The notes beneath the pieces are model-generated. The model had not been told where the DNA came from. It made no database searches and saw only the letters and a program-made list of their open reading frames with translations. The position numbers and the translations under genes are program-made. From Desulfatiglandales bacterium (lineage in GTDB: Bacteria > Desulfobacterota > DSM-4660 > Desulfatiglandales > Desulfatiglandaceae), in assembly GCA_963666345.1 (NCBI GenBank), contig OY762721.1, positions 64,001 to 128,000 of the forward strand: a stretch of 64,000 nt of DNA. The letters are read 5' to 3'. Shown here piece after piece: positions 10,207 to 21,950 of this stretch. The first letter of the stretch is position 1; the number at the start of each line of letters is the position of its first letter.

Positions 10207-10727
10207 AACCAGTCTCCATAAATGACTTTTTGCCATGCACACCAACTCTTGAATGGGATAAGAGTAGCATAAAAAAGTCAAGCTTTTTTCCAAGAGTTTT
10301 TGTCAGACGACTTATCCTCTAGCAATCCGGGTTGTTTTTTCAACCTGAAACGAGCGTAAAGGTTTAGGAAAGTAAGCGTGAAAGATTTCGACGTAGCCGT
10401 CTGACGGCCAGATGAATTCAACAGTAAATGATTTCAATGATTTAGAATGCTGGATTTTAATGGATTGCGACGAATTATGGTGTGATTTTGCACCCTATAA
10501 GCAGCCTGAGAGGAAAGAAAGTAAATATTCGACCCCAGAGGGGCCGGCTTTGAGTTAACCCCTATAAGGGGATAAATAGCCTTGCCCCCTGAGGAGGCAA
10601 GGTTAAGTTGTCCCCAGTTCTTGATTAGTATTCGGATTTCTCAGAGGCCTTTTCTCTTGGCTCTTGATATGGCAGATAAATTAGGGAGATATTTTTAATG
10701 ATTACTTGGTTTAAAATTGAAGTATTT

Positions 10728-10768
10728 AAAAAAAGGGCTTCAAAAGTATAATCTTCTGAAACCCTTGT
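10728..10768 (-). terminator. Intrinsic terminator downstream of tRNA-Val/tRNA-Asp
   Basis: Minus strand AAGGGTTTCAGAAG...CTTTTGAAGCCCTT followed by a T-run. Confidence 0.65.
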
Positions 10769-10774
10769 TATTCG

Positions 10775-10853
10775 TGGCGGGGACGACGAGACTCGAACTC
10801 GCGACCTCCGGCGTGACAGGCCGGCGTTCTAACCGAAACTGAACTACGTCCCC
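10775..10853 (-). tRNA. tRNA-Asp (GTC)
   Basis: GGGGACGTAGTTCAG...CCTGTCACGCC...GTTCGAGTC...CGTCCCCGCCA cloverleaf with encoded CCA. Confidence 0.95.
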
Positions 10854-10866
10854 GGGTTTTTTTATG

Positions 10867-10942
10867 TGGTAGGCGGAACGGGGATTGAACCCGTGACCCC
10901 CGGCTTGTAAGGCCGATGCTCTCCCATCTGAGCTACCCGCCT
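10867..10942 (-). tRNA. tRNA-Val (TAC)
   Basis: AGGCGGGTAGCTCAG...CCTTACAAG...GGTTCAATCC...CCGCCTACCA. Confidence 0.95.
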
Positions 10943-10992
10943 AAAGCGAAGAGAGATGTTTACCAGTTAAACACTGCCTTGTCAAGCTAAAT

Positions 10993-13476
10993 TCAATGCG
11001 CGGTTATGTCTTTATTCCGCACTTTCTTGGTTGAGTCCTTTTCAGCACTAGTAATGTCGGTAAGACAGAAGGGGGCACGTTCATCCTTCGGTGCAAAGAG
11101 TTCTTCCCCCGGTGAAAGTACAAGCGCGTTTTCAAGGACGCTGTCAATATGGTCCACAAGAACAAGCTCAACCTTTTTTAGAATTTTCTTGGGTATTTCT
11201 TCGATATCCTTTTTATTTTCGAGTGGTAAAAGAACTTTTTTAACATCTCCTCTGTGGGCTGCCAAGATCTTTTCCTTGAGTCCTCCAATAGGAAGAACAC
11301 GTCCCCTCAAGGTTATTTCACCTGTCATGGCGATGTCCCTGTATACCTTTTTTCCGGTAAGCGCAGATACAATGGACGTAGCGAGCGTTATTCCCGCAGA
11401 AGGGCCGTCCTTTGGAATGGCACCTTCAGGCACATGCACGTGAATGTCCATTTTTTCATAAAAATTGTCAGGAAGCCTTAACTGGCGGGCTCGCGATCGT
11501 ACGTAGCTGAGTGCGGCCTGGGCCGATTCCTGCATTACCTCTCCAAGCTGACCGGTGAGAACCAAGCTGCCCTTTCCCGGCATTATGGTGGCTTCCGTCT
11601 GTAGTAATTCGCCTCCCACCTCGGTCCAGGCGAGTCCTGTGGTAACGCCCACGGCATTGCTTTCTTCAGTTCGTCCATACCTGTATTTTTGCACCCCGAG
11701 GTATCGGTGAATCGACTGGGCCTTTACCGATATCGACATGCCTTCCTTACCCGCCACTATCTTTCTGGCAACCTTCCGGCAGATAGAAGCGATCTCCCTT
11801 TCGAGATTTCTGACTCCTGCCTCTTTGGTATAGTTTCTTATAATGGTAAGTATGGCTTTGTCACTGAAAGAGAGCTGGTCCGGCTGAAGTCCGTTTTCAT
11901 CAATCTGCTTTCTTATGAGAAACTGTTTGGCAATATTGAGCTTTTCAAGCTCCGTATAACCTGGAAGCCTGATAATTTCCATTCTGTCCTGCAGCGGCAG
12001 AGGTATATTATGCAGGATGTTGGCGGTAGTAATAAAGAAGACGTCAGACAGATCGTAATCGAGATCCAGATAATGGTCGTTAAATGCGTAATTCTGCTCT
12101 GGATCAAGGACCTCGAGGAGTGCTGAAGATGGATCTCCCCTGAAATCGGTACTCATCTTGTCTACCTCATCCAGACAGAATACAGGGTTGTTCGATTTGG
12201 CCTTTTTTAAAAATTGGAGTATCTTGCCGGGAAGCGCCCCTATATATGTCCTTCTGTGCCCCCTGATTTCCGCCTCATCTCTGACTCCTCCAAGAGAAAG
12301 CCTTACAAAGTTGCGGTCTGTGGCCCTAGCAACGGATTTTGCAAGAGATGTCTTTCCAACTCCGGGAGGTCCGACCAGGCAGAGTATGGGACCTTTCATC
12401 TTCTTGGTGAGATGCTGAACTGCAAGATATTCGAGAATCCTCTCTTTCGGCTTTTTGAGCCCATAGTGATCCTGTTCGAGGATCGTTTCGGCCTCTTCGA
12501 TATCGAGTTTGATCTTAGTCTTATCAAACCAGGGAAGGGCGAGTATCCAGTCTATGTAATTTCTTACGACAGTTCCCTCGGCAGACATGGGGGACATCAT
12601 CTTAAGTTTCTTGAACTCCTGTTTCACCCTGAAATGGGCCTCTTTTGTGAGTCTTTTTTTCTTTATCCTCTTTTCCAGTTCATCCAGTTCCGCCTTGAAA
12701 TCATCCTTGGTGCCCATCTCCTTCTGTATCGCGCGCATCTGTTCGTTCAGGTAATAGTCCTTCTGGGTTTTCTCCATCTGTTTCTTGACCCTGGTCCTGA
12801 GGCGATTTTCAAGTCGAAGTATGTCCAGTTCATTGTTGAGGTTTCCAAATAAGCGCTCCAGGCGTTTGTTGAGATCCAGCATCTCAAGCAATTCCTGCTT
12901 ATCGCTTACCTGGAGTGCGAGATGCCCGGCTATGGTGTCCGCAAGTCTCCCGGGGTTTTCAATTGAGGTCACGGTGGTTACGACCTCTTCGCTTATCTTG
13001 TTGTTTAACTTGGCATATTCCTCAAAGTTGCTGTTTATTGACCTCATGAGGGCACGGGTCTCGTTGTCTATCTCGGATCTGTCCTGAAAGGTAACGGCAT
13101 TAACCATGAAAAAGCCGTGGAGCTCCTGGAAATTATCTATCTTGCCCCTTTTTTTCCCTTCTATAAGGGCCTTTACAGTGCCGTCGGGAAGCTTGAGGAG
13201 TTGTAAAACACTGCTCAACGTTCCGAAAGAATAGATATCCTCGGGTGAAGGGTTATCCACCTTGGCGTCCTTCTGTGTGGCGAGGAAGATTTCCTTATGA
13301 TGAGCCATGGCATATTCCAGGGCCTTTATCGACCTCTCCCTGCCCACAAAAAGAGGGACTACCACGTTGGGAAACACGACAACGTCTCTCAAAGGCAGAA
13401 GAGGATAGAATATCCTTTCAAGATTATCGATATCTGGTACGTCTTTATTTGTTGAGTTAAACATGTCATCAACCAT
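10993..13476 (-). CDS. lon: ATP-dependent Lon protease
   Basis: [11 protein letters not shown]-domain, GPPGVGKTS Walker A, PKDGPSAG catalytic Ser motif. Confidence 0.98.
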   Translation of the reverse strand: MVDDMFNSTNKDVPDIDNLERIFYPLLPLRDVVVFPNVVVPLFVGRERSIKALEYAMAHHKEIFLATQKDAKVDNPSPEDIYSFGTLSSVLQLLKLPDGTVKALIEGKKRGKIDNFQELHGFFMVNAVTFQDRSEIDNETRALMRSINSNFEEYAKLNNKISEEVVTTVTSIENPGRLADTIAGHLALQVSDKQELLEMLDLNKRLERLFGNLNNELDILRLENRLRTRVKKQMEKTQKDYYLNEQMRAIQKEMGTKDDFKAELDELEKRIKKKRLTKEAHFRVKQEFKKLKMMSPMSAEGTVVRNYIDWILALPWFDKTKIKLDIEEAETILEQDHYGLKKPKERILEYLAVQHLTKKMKGPILCLVGPPGVGKTSLAKSVARATDRNFVRLSLGGVRDEAEIRGHRRTYIGALPGKILQFLKKAKSNNPVFCLDEVDKMSTDFRGDPSSALLEVLDPEQNYAFNDHYLDLDYDLSDVFFITTANILHNIPLPLQDRMEIIRLPGYTELEKLNIAKQFLIRKQIDENGLQPDQLSFSDKAILTIIRNYTKEAGVRNLEREIASICRKVARKIVAGKEGMSISVKAQSIHRYLGVQKYRYGRTEESNAVGVTTGLAWTEVGGELLQTEATIMPGKGSLVLTGQLGEVMQESAQAALSYVRSRARQLRLPDNFYEKMDIHVHVPEGAIPKDGPSAGITLATSIVSALTGKKVYRDIAMTGEITLRGRVLPIGGLKEKILAAHRGDVKKVLLPLENKKDIEEIPKKILKKVELVLVDHIDSVLENALVLSPGEELFAPKDERAPFCLTDITSAEKDSTKKVRNKDITAH

Positions 13477-14719
13477 ATTTCACCTTGTTTTCATAGAGGA
13501 TAAGAGGCGATTCTCCATTAGTTATAACCTCTTCTCCTATTATGCACTCTCTTATTTCTTTGTTAGTGGGGATATCGTACATGATGTCCAGCATGACGGA
13601 CTCCAGTATGGCCCGAAGTCCCCTGGCCCCTGATTTTCTTTGGAGGGCATCTTTTGCAACAGCCGTCAGGGCCTCATCCGTGAATTTGAGTTCTACCCCT
13701 TCAAGCTCGAATAGTTTTTTGTACTGTTTTACAAGTGCGTTTTTGGGTTCAGTAAGAATTCTGACGAGAGCATCAAGACTTAATTCATCCAGTGTCGCGG
13801 CAATAGGTATCCTGCCGATGAACTCCGGGATAAGGCCGAATTTTATCAGGTCTTCAGGCTGAACTTGAGACATCACCTCGTTGACGTCGATGTCACCTTC
13901 CCCCTGAATATCCGCCTCGAACCCCATCATCTTGCTTCCGATCCGGTTTCTGATGATCTTATCAAGTCCGTTGAACATGCCCCCGCAGATAAAGAGTATG
14001 TTGCTGGTATCGACCTTGACGAAATCCTGCTGAGGATGTTTTCGGCCGCCTTTGGGCGGAACATTCGCCATCGTTCCCTCGATTATCTTTAGCAGTGCCT
14101 GCTGAACGCCTTCACCCGATACGTCGCGTGTTATAGAAGGGCTGTCCGATTTACGGGCGATTTTGTCAATTTCGTCAATGTAGACTATACCCTTGCAGGC
14201 CTCATCCACGTCATAGTCTGCCATTTGGACCAGGTTGAGGATTATATTTTCCACATCCTCACCCACGTAGCCGGCCTCAGTGAGCGTTGTGGCATCTGCA
14301 ATGGTAAATGGTACGTTGAGCACCCTTGCCAGTGTCTGAGCGAGAAGTGTCTTTCCGGATCCTGTCGGACCTATGAGAAGGATATTGCTTTTCTCTATCT
14401 CCACACCCTCCATGTCGATTTTTGTGGCAATCCGCTTGTAATGGTTGTGTACAGCCACGGAGAGGACCTTTTTTGCCTTTTCCTGCTCAATAACGTACTG
14501 GTCAAGGATATCCTTGATCTCTGCAGGTTTGAGCAATTGAGCCTTCGAGTCCTCCTCTTCTTCCTGAGTGTATTCCTCAGCTATTATCTCGTTACAGAGC
14601 TGAATGCACTCGTCGCAGATGTATACTGAAGGACCGGCTATCAGCTTTTTAACCTCTTCCTGACTCTTTCCGCAAAAGGAACAGAGAAGTTCGTCACCGG
14701 TATCTTTGTTATTACTCAT
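13469..14719 (-). CDS. clpX: Clp protease ATP-binding subunit ClpX
   Basis: CSFCGK zinc finger, [22 protein letters not shown]. Confidence 0.98.
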   Translation of the reverse strand: MSNNKDTGDELLCSFCGKSQEEVKKLIAGPSVYICDECIQLCNEIIAEEYTQEEEEDSKAQLLKPAEIKDILDQYVIEQEKAKKVLSVAVHNHYKRIATKIDMEGVEIEKSNILLIGPTGSGKTLLAQTLARVLNVPFTIADATTLTEAGYVGEDVENIILNLVQMADYDVDEACKGIVYIDEIDKIARKSDSPSITRDVSGEGVQQALLKIIEGTMANVPPKGGRKHPQQDFVKVDTSNILFICGGMFNGLDKIIRNRIGSKMMGFEADIQGEGDIDVNEVMSQVQPEDLIKFGLIPEFIGRIPIAATLDELSLDALVRILTEPKNALVKQYKKLFELEGVELKFTDEALTAVAKDALQRKSGARGLRAILESVMLDIMYDIPTNKEIRECIIGEEVITNGESPLILYENKVKYG

Positions 14720-14733
14720 ATCTCAGGTAACCT

Positions 14734-15339
14734 CTACTTTTTTTCTGATAAGTGCTGTATTTCTCTTGTGGTTATGACCTTGTCAATTATTCCGTATTTT
14801 TTTGCCTCTTCACTGCCCATGAAGTAGTCGCGCTCGGTGTCTTTTTCTATCTTTTTAAGGTTTTGCCCTGTGTGATCAGCAAGGATTTTGTTGAGAGACT
14901 CCCTTACCTTGAGTATCTCTCTGGCGTGGATGTCTATGTCTGTAGCCTGGCCCTGAGCACCTCCAAGAGGCTGGTGTATCAATATTCTTGAATGGGGAAG
15001 GGCGTAGCGCTTTCCTTTTGCACCTGCAGCAAGAAGAAGCGCGGCCATGCTGGCCGTCTGTCCTATGCATATGGTTGTGATATCAGATTTGATATACTGC
15101 ATGGTATCATAGATGGCCATGCCGGCTGTCACCGAACCGCCGGGGGAATTTATATATACATTTATGTCTTTATCCGGGTCTTCAGATTCCAGAAACAGCA
15201 TCTGAGCAATAATCGTATTGGCCATGCCGTCATTTATCTGATCACCCATAAATATAATGCGGTCCTTTAAAAGCCTTGAGTATATGTCATAGGCTCTTTC
15301 GCCGCGGCTCGACTGTTCTATAACCATTGGTATAAGCAT
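14734..15339 (-). CDS. clpP: Clp protease proteolytic subunit
   Basis: [28 protein letters not shown]. Confidence 0.98.
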   Translation of the reverse strand: MLIPMVIEQSSRGERAYDIYSRLLKDRIIFMGDQINDGMANTIIAQMLFLESEDPDKDINVYINSPGGSVTAGMAIYDTMQYIKSDITTICIGQTASMAALLLAAGAKGKRYALPHSRILIHQPLGGAQGQATDIDIHAREILKVRESLNKILADHTGQNLKKIEKDTERDYFMGSEEAKKYGIIDKVITTREIQHLSEKK

Positions 15340-15348
15340 TTTGATGTC

Positions 15349-16680
15349 CTAGGCTCCCTTTTTTTCAGGATCTTGCTCTTCTTCAGTTATCTTTTCTACT
15401 TCAATAACGTTAGCATTCTCAATAAGGTAATTCAATGTTTTTTGCTCCAGAAGGCTCTCTGTGAGCGAGTCCACAAGGCCTCTTGCCTCGTAGTATTTCT
15501 TTACTGTTTCAAGTGACTGACCTGTTGAAAGGGCAATGTCTCTGAATCCCGTTTCAATGTCTTCATCTTCAAGTTCGAGCTTTTCGTTTTCCGCAACCTT
15601 TCCGAGCACAAGCATTTCCTTGCACCTGGTCTCCGCCTGAGGTCTGAAATCTTCCCTCAGTTTTTCTTCTGTAAGCCCCGCTTTTTCAAGACTGGATCCT
15701 CTGTTCATCAGATTCTGCATCAGATTCTGTATGGCATACTGTATTTCTGAATCCACAAGGATTTGAGGCAGTTCAAAGTCAACGGGAGCGGAGATCTTTT
15801 TGATCAGCCTCTGTTTCAGGTCCCTTTCTACCCTGTTTTTCTCCTCCGACTCCAGGACCGCTCTTATTTTATCTCTCAGGCCCTGAAGATTTTTGATTTC
15901 AGGCCCAAGTTTTTCTGCGAAATCGTCATTCAGCTCTGGAATCTCCACCTCTTTGATGTCACCCACCTTTACCTTGAATGTCACTGTTTTTCCCGCAAAC
16001 AGTGAGTGATGATAATCATCTTCAAAGGTAATTTCTATCTCCTTTTCTTCATCCTTTTTTACCCCTATAAGGGAATCTTCAAAAGTGGGATGAAAATCGG
16101 AACTGCCAACTTCAAGGAGGAAATTCTTGGAACTCATCTCTTCAACCGGTTCACCCTGCTCAAAGCCCTCGTAATCTATGACCGCCAAGTCACCTTTCTG
16201 AACGCCTCGGTCCTCCTCTATCGATCGAAGTTTCCCGTTCGCCTTCTGAATCTGTTGTAGACGTTTTTCCACTTCTTCATCGCTCACGTTGAAAAGTTCT
16301 TTTTCAACCTCGACTCCTTTGTAGTCCTTTACCTCAAATTCGGGCCTTACCTCTATGACGGCTGAGTAGGTAAAATCGTGTCCCCTTTTCAACTCTTCTT
16401 TTTCAAGAAGCGGTGTTCCAAGGGGGATGGCGCTTGTTTCTTGAAGTGCCTTTGGAAAGGTCTCATTTATAAGATCCCTTGTTACATCCTCTTCCACCTG
16501 GGTACTGAAGCGGCTTTCAAGTATGCTCTTGGGTATTTTACCAGGCCTGAAACCGGGCACTTTGGCCCTTTTTGAGAGGTCCTTATAGGCCCTGTCAAGT
16601 TTAGTGTCGACTTCCTTTGATCCAAGCTCTATTATTACCTTCTTTTTTACGGATGTTATCTCTTCCAGGCTGGTCTTCAT
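15349..16680 (-). CDS. tig: Trigger factor
   Basis: PGFRPGK ribosome-binding motif, FKBP domain, synteny with clpPX-lon; start MKTSLE after GAGGAG. Confidence 0.95.
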   Translation of the reverse strand: MKTSLEEITSVKKKVIIELGSKEVDTKLDRAYKDLSKRAKVPGFRPGKIPKSILESRFSTQVEEDVTRDLINETFPKALQETSAIPLGTPLLEKEELKRGHDFTYSAVIEVRPEFEVKDYKGVEVEKELFNVSDEEVEKRLQQIQKANGKLRSIEEDRGVQKGDLAVIDYEGFEQGEPVEEMSSKNFLLEVGSSDFHPTFEDSLIGVKKDEEKEIEITFEDDYHHSLFAGKTVTFKVKVGDIKEVEIPELNDDFAEKLGPEIKNLQGLRDKIRAVLESEEKNRVERDLKQRLIKKISAPVDFELPQILVDSEIQYAIQNLMQNLMNRGSSLEKAGLTEEKLREDFRPQAETRCKEMLVLGKVAENEKLELEDEDIETGFRDIALSTGQSLETVKKYYEARGLVDSLTESLLEQKTLNYLIENANVIEVEKITEEEQDPEKKGA

Positions 16681-16935
16681 TTTTCTCCTCATTTTCGGCC
16701 TCATAAAGGATAAATTGCAAAATTCCAGGGGTCTAAGCAACGCAGGAACATGAATCCTTTGAAAGGTCCTTTTTAAATGTTCAAAAAAGTTAATTATGAT
16801 TGTTCTGTTTTCAAGGTTCTATCTGTTAAAGAGCATTACAGAAACAGGGAAAGGGCTGTCAATATCAAACTATAACAGAGGAAACAAGGAAAAGTTTCTG
16901 AAATGTACAGAAAATTCTGGCAAAGGGGGTTTGAA

Positions 16936-17020
16936 TGGTGCGAGAGAGGGGAGTTGAACCCCTACACCGTTTGGTACTGGATCCTAAATCCAGCGCGTCT
17001 ACCAGTTCCGCCACTCTCGC
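16936..17020 (-). tRNA. tRNA-Leu (TAG)
   Basis: GCGAGAGTGGCGGAACTGGTAGACGCG CTGGA-TTTAGGA-TCCAG, long variable arm, ends CTCTCGCACCA. Confidence 0.95.
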
Positions 17021-17069
17021 AAATTTTCAATCAACTATAATTGAAAAATGTAGATCTCATGTCAAGATA

Positions 17070-17801
17070 TTATGGGTTGTTGAACTTTTCTTCATATTCC
17101 TGAGAAAAGCCTTTTATTATCCCCTGGTCCGCAAAACTGAAATAGTTATTGTGGCCTATGATGATATGATCCAGTACCTGAATCATGAGCAGCCTTGATG
17201 CCCAGACAAGATCTCTTGTAAGTCTCCGGTCCTCGGGAGAAGGACAGGGGTCTCCCGAGGGATGATTGTGAACAAACACGAGTGCGGCCGCACCCCTTTC
17301 AAGAGCCATAGTAATTATCTCACGCGGGTACACTGCACTTCCGGTCAAGGTTCCGAAGAAGAGGTCCCTGTCAGAGAGCAGTTCATTTTTTCTGTTAAGG
17401 AAAAGGACCTTGAAGATCTCTCTTTTTTTATCCCTCATGTAATGAAACAGATAATCGAACACGGCCCTTGAGGAGTCAAAAAGCGGCATACTACTAGCCC
17501 TGTCCTTGAGGTATCTGCCGGCGACCTGGTGAACCAGCTTGAGGTAAAGCGCGTTTTTTGGCCCAATTCCCCTTATTTCCGTCAATTTTTCAAGTGGTGC
17601 GGAAAGCACGCCTGAAATACCTCCATATCTCTTAAGGGCTTCCCTTGCCTGAATTTTCAGGTCTCCTCTCGGTGTACCGAGGGTAAGAAGAAATTCAACA
17701 ACCTCTTCATCTGAGAAGCGTTCAAGCCCACCGTTCATGAACCTCTTTCTGAGCCTTTCTCTGTGGCCGATGCCCCTTTTCTGCCATTGCTCCTTGTCCA
17801 T
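17070..17801 (-). CDS. radC: RadC (JAB/MPN domain) protein
   Basis: GHRERLR, HhH IRGIGP, VHNHPSGD, LDHIIIG. Confidence 0.93.
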   Translation of the reverse strand: MDKEQWQKRGIGHRERLRKRFMNGGLERFSDEEVVEFLLTLGTPRGDLKIQAREALKRYGGISGVLSAPLEKLTEIRGIGPKNALYLKLVHQVAGRYLKDRASSMPLFDSSRAVFDYLFHYMRDKKREIFKVLFLNRKNELLSDRDLFFGTLTGSAVYPREIITMALERGAAALVFVHNHPSGDPCPSPEDRRLTRDLVWASRLLMIQVLDHIIIGHNNYFSFADQGIIKGFSQEYEEKFNNP

Positions 17802-18357
17802 GGATTTCGTCCCTGTTGATTGTTTTGCAAAAGGGATAAAAAACTCTCCTGTCTGCTGATCCCTGTCCAGGTTTTTAAAACCTAATTTATACCACATGAA
17901 ATAGATTCTTCAAATTTATATTAGAATATTCGCAGGCCAATGCGGAATAAACAGCCCAGATGGCTCTTTTGGCTGGAAATGGATATTAACGGACAGTTCG
18001 TTTTTTTTACCGGCTTTCGCCATGCTTAACGGGGTGGCGATATCATGAACGTGTTTTTACAAACGCTAACCTAGCGGATGAGGCATCGGGGGAGAAAAAC
18101 CCTGGCTGCATTGAAATTACCTTTCTAAACTATTTCTAGAATAGGGTTTTTCATCGATACGGATTGAATAATAATTAATGATACTTATAATTCTACACCA
18201 CCAAGCAACCGCAAAAATCAAATTCATGACAACCCGTTGCCTGGTTATGCAAATCTATGGCTAAAAATTATTGAAGAGCCTATAGCGAAGTGTTAGAATT
18301 AATTCAAAAAAGAGATGGCACGGACATGTGAACGATCGTGCAGAAAGTTAAATTATA

Positions 18358-19176
18358 ATGGGTGTTAATGCCTTAAGGTTTTTTTCAGTTTTTATAGTTG
18401 CTCAGTTCATATCGCCTGAAAGTGTGTTAGCCTGGGGGCCGGGTGTGCACACTGTCACTGCGTTAAACGCGCTGAGCAACGCCGAGACGCTTCTTCCCTC
18501 AATCGCGGCCATAATTACTTCCTTTCCAAAGGAATTCATTTACGGCTGTCTTTCAGCAGATTTTTTTATCGGCAAAGGGATAGGTAGAAACTCTTCACAT
18601 CCTCACGATTGGAATGGGGGGTTTTGCTTTCTAAAGGGAGCGGGAAATGACAAGGAAGCATCGTTTTCCTACGGGTTTCTAAGCCATCTTGCTGCCGACG
18701 TGGTGGCGCATAACTTTCTTGTACCGCAGCTCATCAAGTCGCATCCGGCCACCGGAAGGCTGAGGCACATCTACTGGGAGATGAGGGCTGATTATCTTAT
18801 GGAAGCGGCCTATACCAGTATCGCCAGGCATATCCTTTCCATGGATCATGTCGCATGTGACGAACTTCTAAACAATATGGTAGAAAAGAGAGTGCCCGGT
18901 CTTGGCGTAAAAAAACGGATATTTACCAACTCGGTTTATTTCTCAGAATACTGCCATTTGACACGGGAGCTTTTTTTTACCGTAAGGCCGGATTCCATAA
19001 ACAGAATGAATAGTTATCTAACCGCCATGGTTGAGTTTTCCTGCCGCATGGTAAGGGATTTCTTGACAAACCCCTATTCATCCGGCTGTCTGAACTACAG
19101 CCCTATTGGAAAAAGGGATGTGCATGGATCTGGAAGGTTCAGGACCCTTAGAAATTTATTCAAGCCTAAAAAATAA
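18358..19176 (+). CDS. Zinc-dependent phospholipase C family protein
   Basis: AWGPGVH after a hydrophobic leader; YGFLSHLAADVVAHN; HIYWE. Confidence 0.75.
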   Translation: MGVNALRFFSVFIVAQFISPESVLAWGPGVHTVTALNALSNAETLLPSIAAIITSFPKEFIYGCLSADFFIGKGIGRNSSHPHDWNGGFCFLKGAGNDKEASFSYGFLSHLAADVVAHNFLVPQLIKSHPATGRLRHIYWEMRADYLMEAAYTSIARHILSMDHVACDELLNNMVEKRVPGLGVKKRIFTNSVYFSEYCHLTRELFFTVRPDSINRMNSYLTAMVEFSCRMVRDFLTNPYSSGCLNYSPIGKRDVHGSGRFRTLRNLFKPKK

Positions 19177-19211
19177 AGGCCGTCACTTTTTTAAGAGAAG
19201 AAGCCCAAGAC

Positions 19212-20927
19212 ATGAGCAGCGTCAGAATTTTACCTGAAGAGGTCGCAAGCCAGATCGCAGCTGGGGAGGTAATTGAAAGGCCTTCCTCTGTGGTGAGAGA
19301 ATTAATAGACAACAGCATAGATGCAGGTGCGGATCGGATAGTTATTAATCTCGAAAACGGTGGGAGGCGTCTGGTTAGCGTGGCGGACAACGGAAGCGGT
19401 ATGTCGAGGGACGATCTGCTTTTGTGCATCGAAAGGCACGCCACAAGTAAAATATCCACTTCGGAGGACTTGTTTTCTATAAGGTCTCTTGGATTCAGAG
19501 GAGAGGCAATCCCGAGCGTGGCTTCTGTTTCACGACTTCACATAAAGACACGGCAAAAGGATGATCTATCCGGCCACAGCCTGAAGATAAACGGGGGAAG
19601 ACTCATATCGATAGATGAAACAGGTTCGCCTCCAGGCACCACGGTAGAGGTGAAAGACCTGTTCTATAACGTACCTGCACGCAGAAAGTTTTTGCGGGCC
19701 GCAAAGACGGAGACGGACAGGATCGCCGATGTCGTATCAAGGATTTCAATCCCCTACAATGATATATATTTCAGCCTGGAGCAGGGGGGCAATCCGATCC
19801 TGAATCTGCCGCCTGCAGACGATGAACTTTTCCGGCTTTTTTATCTCCTCGGCAAGGACGTTGCCGAATCCATGTTGAAAAGAGAGGAAAAGGGTAAGAG
19901 TGTCTCAGTAAAGGCTTACCTTGCACCCCCGGAATTCGCGAGAAAAAGAGGGGACAGGTTGTTCGTTTACGTAAACGGCAGAAACGTGAGAGATAGGCTT
20001 ATAACAAAGGCGATAATGGATGGTTTCGGAAGCCGCCTCATGAAGGGCCGGTACCCTCAAGCGGTTCTATTTCTTGAAATCGAGCCGAATCTTGTCGATA
20101 TAAACGTGCATCCAACCAAACAGGAGGTTAGGTTTTCCGACAGTGCCATGATATTCAAGAGAATAGCCTCCACGGTAGATTCGGTCCTTGGAAGTGCTTT
20201 CAGCCGTTTTGAGGGTCTTGTTGACCCCTGGAGGGAGAGCAGCTTTACCGGAGTAAAGGAAGACTCGCTGCACCGAGATGCCTGGGAATTTGCTCCTTCA
20301 GATCAGAGGGGTATGCTTGATGTCGGCACGGGGGAAAGGGACACCCGGGTGATGCCTCAAACAAGGGTGATAGGCCAACTAGCAAACACATATATCCTTT
20401 GCCAGATGCATGACGGGCTTTTGATGGTGGATCAACACGCGGCCCATGAAAGAATCATCTTCGAGGGTCTTTCAAAAGGTTTTGAGAATTCCAGGATAGA
20501 GTCTCAGCAAATGCTTGTTCCGTTTGAGCTTGAACTGACACTAAAAGAAAAACAGATAGCAGTTGAAAGGGCCGATGAATTACTTCGGCTAGGAATGGAA
20601 CTTGAACACTTCGGAGGCAATACTTTCCTTCTGCGATCTTTTCCTGTCATACTTTCGAAGGTGGATTGGGGGGGCTTTATCTCTGAATTGCTGGTTGAAA
20701 TGGGTAAGGGTGAATTGGAGGATAAAAAGGTATTTGAGTGTGTGATTACGATCATGGCCTGTCATGGCGCCATAAAGGCGGGTGATAGGCTCTCGGAAGA
20801 GGAGATGTATCAGCTCCTTGTCGAATTGGAGGAAATGGAAACCCCCACCAATTGCCCGCACGGAAGGCCGATTTTCAAACATTTCACCTTTTACGACCTG
20901 GAAAAGATGTTCAAAAGAGTGGTGTAA
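19212..20927 (+). CDS. mutL: DNA mismatch repair endonuclease MutL
   Basis: IAAGEVIERP, GFRGEA, DQHAAHERI, CPHGRP. Confidence 0.98.
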   Translation: MSSVRILPEEVASQIAAGEVIERPSSVVRELIDNSIDAGADRIVINLENGGRRLVSVADNGSGMSRDDLLLCIERHATSKISTSEDLFSIRSLGFRGEAIPSVASVSRLHIKTRQKDDLSGHSLKINGGRLISIDETGSPPGTTVEVKDLFYNVPARRKFLRAAKTETDRIADVVSRISIPYNDIYFSLEQGGNPILNLPPADDELFRLFYLLGKDVAESMLKREEKGKSVSVKAYLAPPEFARKRGDRLFVYVNGRNVRDRLITKAIMDGFGSRLMKGRYPQAVLFLEIEPNLVDINVHPTKQEVRFSDSAMIFKRIASTVDSVLGSAFSRFEGLVDPWRESSFTGVKEDSLHRDAWEFAPSDQRGMLDVGTGERDTRVMPQTRVIGQLANTYILCQMHDGLLMVDQHAAHERIIFEGLSKGFENSRIESQQMLVPFELELTLKEKQIAVERADELLRLGMELEHFGGNTFLLRSFPVILSKVDWGGFISELLVEMGKGELEDKKVFECVITIMACHGAIKAGDRLSEEEMYQLLVELEEMETPTNCPHGRPIFKHFTFYDLEKMFKRVV

Positions 20928-21011
20928 GCAATAGATGGCAGGGCGCTTTTCAAAGGGTGTGAGTGAGACATTAATCTTTTGATGATAAAGCCTTGCGAAA
21001 GATCCGGTACC

Positions 21012-21950
21012 ATGGAAATACCAAATAGGGCAAAGGTAATTATCATCTGCGGGCCAACTGCTACAGGAAAGACATCCTTTGCTGTTGAACTGGCCCAATA
21101 CTTGGGGGGAGAAATTGTAAGCGCTGATTCCATGCAGGTATACAGGCATATGGATATAGGTACGGCAAAGCCGACCGAGGAGGAACAAGGTGGAATCCCT
21201 CACCATATAATAGATGTTGCAGATCCTGACGAAGACTTTAATGCTGCAACCTATAGAAGGCTTGCCATTGATGCCGTGAACGATATCACTGCAAGAAAAA
21301 GGGCATGCCTTGTGGTGGGAGGAACCGGCCTCTATATCAAAGGCCTTACTGAAGGGCTTTTTGACTGCCCGGCGGCTGAGCCTGAGGTAAGGGAACGACT
21401 ACAGAAAAAGTGGGACTTGGAAGGTCCTGAAAAGATTTTCGAGACCCTTATTACCATTGATCCTGAATATGCTGCAGGGATACACAGAAACGACAGGATG
21501 AGAATACTTAGAGGTCTTGAAATCTTCGAGCTTACAGGTAGCAAGCCCTCAGAGCTTGCCAGAGTGCATGGCTTTTCAGACAGGCCCTTTCAAACGATCA
21601 GCCTCTGCCTGGAAATGGAAAGGGAAAGGCTTTATAATAGGATAGACAGAAGAAGTGAATTTATGGTCGAGTCAGGATTACTTGAAGAGACAGAGGGGCT
21701 TCTCAAAAAAGGCTATTCTCCCGACCTGAAATCCATGAAGGCTATAGGGTACAAACATATGGTAAATCATATTGAGGGAAAATGGGGTCTGAAAGAGGCT
21801 GTCGGGTTTCTTAAAAGGGATACCAGGAGATACGCCAAAAGACAGACCACATGGTTCAGGGGACAAAGAGATGTAAGCTGGATATCTTCTGATGACATTA
21901 ATCCCGCATTGAAACGGATAAAGGCGTTTTTGAGGGAGGACCTTAAATGA
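21012..21950 (+). CDS. miaA: tRNA dimethylallyltransferase
   Basis: GPTATGKT, DSMQVYRHMDIGTAKP, TRRYAKRQ. Confidence 0.97.
   Translation: MEIPNRAKVIIICGPTATGKTSFAVELAQYLGGEIVSADSMQVYRHMDIGTAKPTEEEQGGIPHHIIDVADPDEDFNAATYRRLAIDAVNDITARKRACLVVGGTGLYIKGLTEGLFDCPAAEPEVRERLQKKWDLEGPEKIFETLITIDPEYAAGIHRNDRMRILRGLEIFELTGSKPSELARVHGFSDRPFQTISLCLEMERERLYNRIDRRSEFMVESGLLEETEGLLKKGYSPDLKSMKAIGYKHMVNHIEGKWGLKEAVGFLKRDTRRYAKRQTTWFRGQRDVSWISSDDINPALKRIKAFLREDLK

Noticed and set aside
16935..17198. 87-aa ORF MVRERGVEPL...
   Set aside because: Antisense reading of tRNA-Leu.
17070..17801. radC next to a tRNA as a marker of an integrative element
   Set aside because: Full-length HhH+JAB chromosomal type; no integrase or att duplication seen.
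18317..18333. Sigma54-like TGGCACGG upstream of the phospholipase C gene
   Set aside because: No TTGC at the required -12 spacing.
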